Part shown: piece by piece, positions 40,075-48,475 of the stretch
Numbering within the stretch: the stretch's first letter is position 1
Layout of the letters: each line of letters opens with the position of its first letter
Source: a virus
Lineage: Duplodnaviria > Caudoviricetes
IMG/VR virus record: IMGVR_UViG_3300024331_000007
Coordinates: 192,001 to 256,000 of that record
DNA: 64,000 nucleotides
Reading direction: 5' to 3' (one strand)
Program-made: the position numbers and the translations under genes
Notes under the pieces: generated by a model
What the model was told of the DNA's origin: nothing
Databases searched by the model: none
Seen by the model: only the letters and a program-made list of their open reading frames with translations

Positions 40075-41158
40075 TTACCATTCCTCATTCAAAGGTTCTG
40101 CACGATATATTAAACCATCAGAATTTTCAAAGCAATATAAGCGCCCAGTATTCTTATGCTTCCAAAGGCAATCGTCCAGAACTATAGTCTCGCCACAATT
40201 AAAGCATTTTGTTTGGGACCGTATATATCGAACCATTCTGCAAACCAAAGAAACCATTACCAATCGCACCTTCGATGATCGTCCCACCCGCCCTTTTCGA
40301 CTTTGCAGTCACATACATTATAATACAAATCGCATGCCGCGCAATACCTCTTTATAACATGCTTTTTGCATTTTGGGCATTTCCAATCCTGTGTGCCAGT
40401 AATACCAGCTTTGTCGATTGCGCCTTCTTTATAGATTTTCATTAGACCTTCTTTCGGCGTCTTGTTACCGTCATTAGATTTAATGGCTTTTTGGTTGAAT
40501 CCCAAACTCTAACCATTTCTTCCATTTGATCTTTATACTTGACCAAAAGATCACTCTGACTCAGGTTGTAGAGCCAATTACTCATCTTCTGTCCTGCAAT
40601 ATAAACAATTTCCGCTTCTTTTTTGGTCATATTATGCCTTCTTCCTACTCCTGCAAAATCTGTATCGTTGTTCTTTTGGTTCAACCCAAGAACCGTCTTT
40701 ATGCCTTTCCCTATTGTCATCAACATGGGAATAAAAGTGGCGTCCTGTCCTTGGGTCCCAACCTTCTCCCCAAATATTCTTGCCACATACGCATTTCATT
40801 ATGCCTTCTTCCTGTGATTCTTTTCAAACTCCTTAATTTCCTTTTCTGCCTCCTCAACCTTCTCTACGATGCTTGGCTCTGGCGCTACAACCGGGCTAGG
40901 CGCGTCCGCTGTTTCTGGAACAGGTGGAACTACGTTAATTGGCAAAAATTGTGATTCTTTTGGATGAACAGCGGGAATTGTACCCTTGATTCTGGGCTTA
41001 ATGTTATTGACCTTAATGGACTTCGTCGCTGCTTTAGGTGTTGGTTTTTCTTTTCCAAGACCTGTAACAATTCGAACAGCATTTGGTTGGCTCTTTTTGA
41101 GAGCGTCCATATCAATTTTTAGACCTCTGGATGTGACTACTACATGCTTCTTTGCCAT
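40075..41158 (-). CDS. Cluster of small hypothetical proteins (40075, 40257, 40442, 40799)
   Basis: ORF track; two are Cys-rich; exact starts uncertain. Confidence 0.4.
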
Positions 41159-41330
41159 AATTATTACCTCGTGTGCTTATTTATTTGTGGGTTTTAGTGG
41201 TTTCGCTTTCTTTTTGGCAACTCGTTCCTCAAGTTCTTCCATCTCTTCCAGCATGCAATTGCTGCAATTGTGATAACCAGAAAGGCAGGAGTAACAGATA
41301 CAACCACAGTTCTTGAATATTTTCGGCATA

Positions 41331-42089
41331 TTATCCTTCCAATATCGCCAGCATTGCTTCTTCGGCGTCCATCTCTCTAACTAATTTTTCGGGAATGGCC
41401 CACAATGGCATTGCTGACGATTTATCTATTATGGGGAGATGTGTGACCCAAAAAATCGCGGGATTCGTGTCTCGTGTGTACTTCATTATCTTACCTGCGC
41501 GGACACCAGAATCCAGACTGGCAAACGTTTCTCCACAGAAAACATCATCTTTTGGATTGAACCAAACAAAGTCACCGAGGTACATTAAACATCCTCCAGC
41601 ATTGCCAACATTGCTTCTTCATCGCTCATCTTCCTCAGTAAATTGTTTGGTATTGCCCAAAGAGGAACTGAATCTTTACTTGATGCAAAACATACTGATG
41701 ACACCCAACATAGTTTGTCAGCTAACTTAAAAATCTGTCCCGCCTTAAATTCGGTTTCATGAAGGTTATTATTGGTGCCACTCCCGCACCCGCACCAAGC
41801 ATCGTCGCATTGTCTGAACCAAACAAAATCTCCAGTATTCATATCAGGCTTCCAGTATTGCCAGCATAGCTTCTGCGTCTTCAAGCGGTTTAACCATACT
41901 TTTTGGAATAGCCCAAAGAGGATAAGGAGAAGTTGAATGTACGGGGAGTGGCGTCACCCAAAATACATCACAATGTTTGTGTCTATTCTCATCAATAATC
42001 TTTCCAATGGTCCCCTTTCCACTTGAATAGAACGGAGGGCAGAATACATCGTTGTTCGGATCAAAAGTAACGTAGTCGCCAATCTTCAT
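41331..42089 (-). CDS. Three tandem closely related SH3-like family C proteins (41331-41585, 41585-~41842, 41844-42089)
   Basis: GDFVWF/GDYVTF...AGKI...(F/C)WV...PLWAIP..LxxM.DEEAML(A)(I/M)LE. Confidence 0.8.
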
Positions 42090-42092
42090 ACA

Positions 42093-42620
42093 TTATCCCC
42101 GTAGAAATTCAGTAATATCCAGATTATATTTCAAACTGTCCACACGATGTATGCCCATCAGGTACAAACAATAGGAGCAACATGATGATCCTCTGCCCAC
42201 TCCCCAAACAATATCGTTCTGATCGGCGGTCTCCCTGAGATACTTCAGATATCGCAGCAAATTCATCAGATTATACTTCTCGTATAGCTCCAGTTCTTCC
42301 TGAACTCTAGTACGTTCAATGTCTGTTTTACATAGGGAAAGTAAAAACTCATCCATATTCATGTTACTGTACTGGTCAGGCATCAGCCACATCTTCTGTA
42401 ATTCCCTGTGATATTCCTCCAACGAAAAATCGTAGGATCGATTATCCCAAAGACTTATTTCTGGCATGGTCCTTTCCAATGAAAGAAACTCGCGTCCTTT
42501 TATATATGACTGCCCATCCGTAATGTGCAACCCTGTAATATCGAAATTTGGGTTTATCCGCAGATAATCGATTACTTCCTGCTGTGTGTAACCCACTGTT
42601 CCATATTCATCTACGACCAT
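42093..42620 (-). CDS. dnaE: Stand-alone fragment of DNA polymerase III alpha (C-family) subunit
   Basis: RVQEELELY...YL..LRETA....IVWGVGRGSSCCSYCLYLMGIHRVDSLKYNLDITEFLR matches DnaE GRGS..GS.V.Y.LGIT.VDP..Y.L.FERFL. Confidence 0.8.
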   Translation of the reverse strand: MVVDEYGTVGYTQQEVIDYLRINPNFDITGLHITDGQSYIKGREFLSLERTMPEISLWDNRSYDFSLEEYHRELQKMWLMPDQYSNMNMDEFLLSLCKTDIERTRVQEELELYEKYNLMNLLRYLKYLRETADQNDIVWGVGRGSSCCSYCLYLMGIHRVDSLKYNLDITEFLRG

Positions 42621-42665
42621 GTGAATCCCTTTCTTTATGTTCTATTGATTCTTCCAGCTTCCACT

Positions 42666-43604
42666 TTAGGAGGGTTTTTCATACATTTCCATCCAAGAAA
42701 TTGATTCTCGAACCAATTTTTTGGCGTCATTCAAGGCAGCTTTATTTGAGGTTAGAGTTTCCTTATCATATGAATAGTCTTCATTTGGATCAGACGCAGC
42801 AACAACGTAATATGGTTCTGGATGAACACAACCAAAATCTTGAAATCCTTTCCACAAAGAGCGGGCTACTTCTTTTCCATATCTATAATCAGAGTCAGAT
42901 GGGTTGTCTGTATCTTTACTGGATATGAAATATGCACAAACCCTTCCATGAAGCCTAGCAGCGTACTCAATATTACCACCTCGGCTAATTTCTATACACT
43001 TTGATCGCCATTCCTGATCCTTTGGCCTCCATTCCCCTTTATCAACCAAAAAACCTCCGTCAAGGCTAATAAGCCTATCGCAAAAAAGTTTTAATCTGGA
43101 ACTCATTGCTGATTGCATTACCGGTGTACTAAAAAGCATAACATCAGACTTCAAACATAGAGGATAATATTCCTGCATTGGGTCAAGAGGAAAGCAATTA
43201 CATGGGAACCCACATAATGCGCTGGCAGTCGATACACACCCTTCACATAGATGAACTTCTCTGTCTCTCAAATTTATTTCGACGATGTTTACGGTTTTGT
43301 CATTTCTGAAATCTTCCAATCCGTATTGCAGGAGCATTTGGGAGTTGCTTCTTTCTTTTGAACTGGCGGTTTCATAATTACTTCTGGAACTACCGTGTAC
43401 AACCAAAACTTCAAGATTGCGGTCTTTTCCATTATGATACTCAATAGCCTTTTTCACCGTTTCGACATTTTTATCATGTGCTTTGGACGCATGGTTTGAA
43501 AGTATAGGTATATTGTACCAGTCGATGTGACGAATCTTTTTAATATCCTCCACTGACATACCCTTAGTTAATTTTTCGATTGGAGTTCCTTTATCTTCTG
43601 GCAT
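42666..43604 (-). CDS. Flavodoxin-fold NAD(P)H-dependent FMN reductase / iron-sulfur flavoprotein-like protein
   Basis: LVVHGSSR, EINLRD..VHLCEGCVST....CGFPCNC...DPMQE, DVMLFSTPV, SSRLKLFCDRL. Confidence 0.8.
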   Translation of the reverse strand: MPEDKGTPIEKLTKGMSVEDIKKIRHIDWYNIPILSNHASKAHDKNVETVKKAIEYHNGKDRNLEVLVVHGSSRSNYETASSKERSNSQMLLQYGLEDFRNDKTVNIVEINLRDREVHLCEGCVSTASALCGFPCNCFPLDPMQEYYPLCLKSDVMLFSTPVMQSAMSSRLKLFCDRLISLDGGFLVDKGEWRPKDQEWRSKCIEISRGGNIEYAARLHGRVCAYFISSKDTDNPSDSDYRYGKEVARSLWKGFQDFGCVHPEPYYVVAASDPNEDYSYDKETLTSNKAALNDAKKLVRESISWMEMYEKPS

Positions 43605-43809
43605 ATAGTTCACCCAAATCCTCAGATGCAGTATTTAAGACAGTATGATAACCCAAAGGAAGTTTATCCCCATCTAACACCAGCGCACCTTTAAAAACAA
43701 ACCCAGTGTTATTGTAGTTGTATTTTTTACCAACTTGATTAAGCACAACCGAGAACCCCTTAACTGGCTTCTGGTCACTATATTTTGGAAGTATGTCAGT
43801 TATTTTCAT
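43591..43809 (-). CDS. Late hypothetical protein
   Basis: ATAAATA-5 nt-ATG. Confidence 0.55.
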   Translation of the reverse strand: MKITDILPKYSDQKPVKGFSVVLNQVGKKYNYNNTGFVFKGALVLDGDKLPLGYHTVLNTASEDLGELYARR

Positions 43810-43852
43810 GGGTATATTTATGCTTTAATAACCGTGCCGTACTCGTCAACTA

Positions 43853-44843
43853 TCATTTTCGTTTATCCATATTCCATTTATAGCTCACAACAACTCCACT
43901 GAAAAACATTCCGACTATAATACAGAACCAACCTGTTACACGAGCCGCCAGAATGGTTTCATTCGCAACAAGTATTATACCCCAATCCAACATAAAGGTG
44001 GAAGCAAGAAGAAGACCTGCAATGGGTAAAATAATGGAATGTTCTTTTGGTTTCCTCATCGGGTGTTCCTTTGAATATCTGCGATTATCAGAGTAAAAAG
44101 AAGACTGACAGCAAGCATTACTGAACCCAAGATACGCAACATAATAAACTTGTCGTTAACCAGTAGCATTATGGCCCCATCCAGTAGAAAACTGGAGAGG
44201 ACTAATGCACACAGACCAAGGTTATTCATAAGATTTTCCTTTTCGTCTCTATTGTGGCGTACATGAATATCAAACCAAAGAACAAAATTCCACATCCAAC
44301 AATTTGTTCGGCGCTATTATACTCGTAAGTACAGAATATCCATAAGCTGATATTACTCAGGATCGTAGCCAGAGCCATGTAGAATATGACGAAACAATAT
44401 TTAGATGGTTCTTTGGTTGGTTCTCTCATGAGCCTACAGAATCCCTTCTTCGAAATCGAATAACAAACCATGACAACCAACCGGATACGTACAATATTAC
44501 CAAATCACAAATTTTGGTTGTAATATCTGGCGCAGTACAAAAGAAACCATAGATAGACAAATACATCAACAACGTGGATACAACCATCATCACGGCGCTG
44601 AAACGTCTTTCGGGCGAAGTAGATGATTCATGCACCATTGATTTTTATTTCCTGTCTAACGACCAGTCCAGTGAGTATCACACTGCAAATGAGCATGGTA
44701 ATATCCAGACCCATTGTAACCTTGTCAGGCTTTGGGATTAATCCACGAACACCAACAAATGTCCAGCAGGCCGCACCCAAAAGGAGAATATTTCTGAATA
44801 TTCTTGCGTGATGGTCGTAGTAATTTACTTTGGAAGAAGCCAT
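43853..44843 (-). CDS. Cluster of five small 2-TM membrane proteins
   Basis: 43853, 44056, 44226, 44426, 44628; first two are paralogs (STFMLDWGIILVANE vs SSFLLDGAIMLLVND). Confidence 0.6.
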
Positions 44844-45205
44844 GTCTTAATCGAGAAGACAGCATTTCTCGCTGATTCCTCGTCGCATCCTTTCCACGTC
44901 AGGGTATTAGAGAACCCGTCCATATCACCACCATTAAGAACTTCAATCAGGGCGCGTTTAATTTCAACACCCTTGAATATGATGGCGACTCCGCCTTCGG
45001 CTGAGGCCAAAATTCTATCAGGAGGACAGCGCAAATCCAGAAGATATTTCAGGATTAAAGCTGCTTGATGAATTGAATTGTCAGTGGGTTTGGGTGCGCC
45101 ATATGAATCCCAGCCATCTTCAAGTGCTCTTAGTTTGTCGAATACAAATTCTTCCATTTTAATTCCTTCTCTTCCGCCAGAACTCTGCGATGATTTGTGG
45201 CGCAA
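44825..45205 (-). CDS. Hypothetical protein (LxxGWDSYGA family)
   Basis: LRALEDGWDSYGAPKP. Confidence 0.55.
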   Translation of the reverse strand: MRHKSSQSSGGREGIKMEEFVFDKLRALEDGWDSYGAPKPTDNSIHQAALILKYLLDLRCPPDRILASAEGGVAIIFKGVEIKRALIEVLNGGDMDGFSNTLTWKGCDEESARNAVFSIKTWLLPK

Positions 45206-45468
45206 TCAAAACACGTACTATCCCAAATATTATCTTCTTCGCCGTACCTGTTAGAGTGAGCACCGCAGGCTGATTCCCCCAGAGACGAAGATACTCGTTC
45301 AATTCAGTTTCGTTCATTGTTTTTTCCGAAAGGATCATTTGTGGTTCTTTGCCAGTCCTGCCAAGCATTAACTTCAGCGGAAATCCGAGCGAATATTAAT
45401 TCCAGTTCTTCGGAGGGAGTCAATTCTTTCCTGACTTTCTTCTTTCGAGGCATAACCAAATCCTTTTA

Positions 45469-46095
45469 TTATTCGTCGTTGCCACCGTCCAGCACTACGA
45501 CATCGGGGCTATCCATATTATCGTCCATTTCAAGCTCAAATACAACATCTAATTCTTTATCAGTTTTTGGTTCCCATTCAAGGTTAATATCCGCCCAAGA
45601 ACTTGCGAATTTCAAACGCTTTGGATCGTCCGTTGTCGAGGGATCAGGACGCATCCACCACGGAACCTCAATCTTTTCAGAATCATAGTCAAAGTTTTCG
45701 AAGTCTTCGACGGTATATTGTAAATCTGGTGAGATATCGCTGCCAATCTTTATTTTATCAATCTCAAATTTTCCTTCGGAGATGGCATGAAGTTTATGGA
45801 AGAGTATTAAAGCCACAATTTGGTCAAATGGTTCTTCAGGAAATAAAATGACGCGGCTTTCTTTAGCCAAAGATGCTATTTTCTTTATGTTTGGGTTTTT
45901 GTCGTGTATGAACACACTATTATTGAGCACTTCCTTGATGAAGATCAGGATGCGCTGGATGGCTACATTTTGATGAACGGAGTTTTCAGTTAACGTGAGA
46001 AAGTCAATCTTGAGTTTGTAAGAGTTCGGAAAAATTCTGGTCCCATCGACCACCACAGCGGAAAAACCAACAGAATGTGACAATTTTACGTTCAT
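45469..46095 (-). CDS. Conserved jumbo-phage hypothetical protein
   Basis: GGAGG SD; ORF track. Confidence 0.55.
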   Translation of the reverse strand: MNVKLSHSVGFSAVVVDGTRIFPNSYKLKIDFLTLTENSVHQNVAIQRILIFIKEVLNNSVFIHDKNPNIKKIASLAKESRVILFPEEPFDQIVALILFHKLHAISEGKFEIDKIKIGSDISPDLQYTVEDFENFDYDSEKIEVPWWMRPDPSTTDDPKRLKFASSWADINLEWEPKTDKELDVVFELEMDDNMDSPDVVVLDGGNDE

Positions 46096-46113
46096 CCGAC
46101 CTCCAAACGAAGA

Positions 46114-46184
46114 TAAATATCTATACAGTTCGCGAACCTCGTGAGTTCCAACTGCTCTAATGCCTTGGAGGGCAATCAGCTATG
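46114..46184 (+). ncRNA. Structured 5' leader motif, copy 2
   Basis: TAAATA-tctata-CAGTT-CGC-GAAC-ctcgtga-GTTC-C-AACTG-ctctaa-TGCC-ttggag-GGCA-atcagct-ATG. Confidence 0.8.
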
Positions 46185-46925
46185 CGTATTTATGATACAG
46201 CCTCATTCATCGAAAAGGCCAGAATCGTACATGATTCGAGTTACGATTATTCCAAAGTAAAATATTTGAAATCATCACAGAAGGTAAAGATCATTTGCCC
46301 GAAGCATGGTGTCTTTATGCAAACCCCCAACAATCATTTGGCAGGTCAGGGTTGCATGCAATGTGGTTTTGTGACTCGTTCGTCTGTTCATTTTTCTAAT
46401 ACTGAATCATTTATAGAATCTGCCAAGATTCCGCATAATAAGAAATACAAATATGACCAAACAATTTATCTTCATAGTGAAAAACCAGTTGTAATTTTAT
46501 GCCCAAAACACGGAGAATTTTCGCAAAAACCTTTTAAGCATTTGCAAGGACAAGGTTGTCCTAAATGCCGAAATAGCAAAGGTCAAGATGCTATAGAACG
46601 ATTTTTGTTGGATTCTAATGTCAAGTATAAGACAGAAGTAAGATTTGATGATTGTAAAAATAAACGATCCTTACCATTCGATTTCGCAATTTATAAAGGA
46701 AATGCATTGATTGGTTTGATAGAATTTCAAGGCCAACAACATTTTCTAGCAGCGCCTCATTTTGGTGGCGTAAAGCAACTCGTTTACATACAGAAAAATG
46801 ACCAGATCAAGAGAGATTATTGTATATCCAAAGATATTCCACTACTGGAGATAAAATTTACCAATCTTAGAACTATCAAAAAGATACTTTCAAATTTTCT
46901 AATTAGATGCCAATATCAATATTGA
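46182..46925 (+). CDS. Homing-endonuclease-like protein (zinc-module repeats + PD-(D/E)XK), antisense insertion
   Basis: YDYSKVKY, IICPKHGVF, FDFAI...LIEFQGQQHF. Confidence 0.8.
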   Translation: MRIYDTASFIEKARIVHDSSYDYSKVKYLKSSQKVKIICPKHGVFMQTPNNHLAGQGCMQCGFVTRSSVHFSNTESFIESAKIPHNKKYKYDQTIYLHSEKPVVILCPKHGEFSQKPFKHLQGQGCPKCRNSKGQDAIERFLLDSNVKYKTEVRFDDCKNKRSLPFDFAIYKGNALIGLIEFQGQQHFLAAPHFGGVKQLVYIQKNDQIKRDYCISKDIPLLEIKFTNLRTIKKILSNFLIRCQYQY

Positions 46926-47145
46926 TTATCTCATCCATTGAGGTTCCGTTTTTCTTCAAATGGGCTTCAAATTTTTCGGCGTTACGGCGACTCTGTTCTT
47001 CATAAAGACCCATTAAAATAGGCTGAGCTTGACGAGCAAGGTTTACATTGTTTGAAAACACAATTCTCGTTAGCCTCTGTATTTTTGTATCCAGTTCTTC
47101 GTCCGTTAATTCCAGTACCGATTTCTCGATTCTCTGTTCGGCCAT
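46903..47145 (-). CDS. Conserved hypothetical protein
   Basis: LTDEELDTKIQRL...QL; SD GAGGA. Confidence 0.55.
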   Translation of the reverse strand: MAEQRIEKSVLELTDEELDTKIQRLTRIVFSNNVNLARQAQPILMGLYEEQSRRNAEKFEAHLKKNGTSMDEIINIDIGI

Positions 47146-47337
47146 ACATTCCTCTATTGCCCTTGTGGGTTCCAGTCTGTAGGTAGGTTAGTTAGACTCC
47201 ACCATTTATGTCCCAGTAATCCATATTCTTATGGTTCGTCATATCCATATTCAGTGCCACAGGACGGGCAAATCTCGTAGGTTAGTCTTGTTGGGTCTTC
47301 TCTGATATAAGGATATTCACATACTGAACATTATTCC

Positions 47338-47625
47338 TCAACTAATCATGTGCATCATTGCAAACGTAACAGCCATATTGCTATTTCCATCACATTTCCT
47401 AATTGTCCACTGACTACCATGTCGTTCCGCGCTGAAGTTAGGCCATTTAAGTGAAACAACAATTCTCTCTAGCTCTCCCAAATAAGTTGCGATATATGGA
47501 TACGGATAAGAAGATGTTGAAACTCCGGGGCGACCAGTCGATCCACTGAAACAAATTCCAGCCGCGTGGAAATTATCAAAATCTTCTTCGGTCATATCCG
47601 CGACTATAAGACTAGTTGTATTCAT
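47338..47625 (-). CDS. Hypothetical protein
   Basis: ORF track. Confidence 0.45.
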   Translation of the reverse strand: MNTTSLIVADMTEEDFDNFHAAGICFSGSTGRPGVSTSSYPYPYIATYLGELERIVVSLKWPNFSAERHGSQWTIRKCDGNSNMAVTFAMMHMIS

Positions 47626-47839
47626 TCCTGTTCTTCCAAGATGTACTCAGCATTATGAGATTACTAAATCTAAAAAACGATTTCTGGGCAATCTTACTGG
47701 TTCAACCTCGTTTTCCATTTTTATTGATAATTCCAGTACTTTCCTCTCAAAGTTTCTATCTCTTTTTAGTTCCAATGGATGTTTTACTTTGGGTATTCGT
47801 GTTCGTCGGGTTTTGCGAATTACATTCATATTTTATTCT

Positions 47840-48442
47840 TTAATTAATACCTGAAATAAACCAGTTAGTACCGTCTGCACTGCCAAACTTTAATAGCTTT
47901 GGTTGTGTTGTGGTAAGAACAACGCTATTGTTAGCATAGAAGAAATTGGCCACGGCGTTTCCACCATAGATAGAAGAACCAGTAGTAAGATTTGAGAAGT
48001 TCAGAGTCTGCGGTGCCGAAGCTGCCTTGGCAATGATAATCATTTCTGAATAACCTAAACCGGGGAAGTTTGAGAAAGCAATGGATTGTATAACTGGCGA
48101 TCCCGCTGTGATGTTAATGTTCGCAACAGCAGTATTGGCAAAACTCAGTGTTGGTACTGAGTTGGCTGCGGAAGCTACCACGCTGGATGTTACCAAACCA
48201 TAATCAAACAATGAAAGGTTGGAGTTCTGCATTCCGCCAAAGTTATTAATGGAAGAATTTGCTCCGTACAATAGAGGCGCGGCCACGATGACCTTATTAA
48301 GTACATCGTTCATTTCCGAAACGTATTGCGAGAATGCATTCTGGATAGCCAGAAAGTTAGTGCGGAAACCCTGAGATGGTTGGTTAACGCCCGGTACGGG
48401 GAATTGAGCATTAATCGAGTTTGGTTTTACTTGGCTGGGCAT
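47840..48442 (-). CDS. Putative virion structural (baseplate/tail-associated) protein
   Basis: N-terminal INAQFPVPGVNQPSQGFRTNFLAIQNAF; late promoter upstream; next to baseplate gene. Confidence 0.6.
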   Translation of the reverse strand: MPSQVKPNSINAQFPVPGVNQPSQGFRTNFLAIQNAFSQYVSEMNDVLNKVIVAAPLLYGANSSINNFGGMQNSNLSLFDYGLVTSSVVASAANSVPTLSFANTAVANINITAGSPVIQSIAFSNFPGLGYSEMIIIAKAASAPQTLNFSNLTTGSSIYGGNAVANFFYANNSVVLTTTQPKLLKFGSADGTNWFISGIN

Positions 48443-48475
48443 TGGTGACTCCGTGAAACAGATACTGTATTTAGG

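Noticed and set aside
45469-46095. QueD/T-fold (7-deazaguanine pathway) assignment
   Set aside because: Only a vague secondary-structure resemblance; no HGH zinc motif and no other que genes in the window.
47155-47330. Degraded zinc-ribbon gene (CSVCEYP...YEICPSCGTEYG...*)
   Set aside because: No in-frame start and an internal TAA; too fragmentary to call with confidence.
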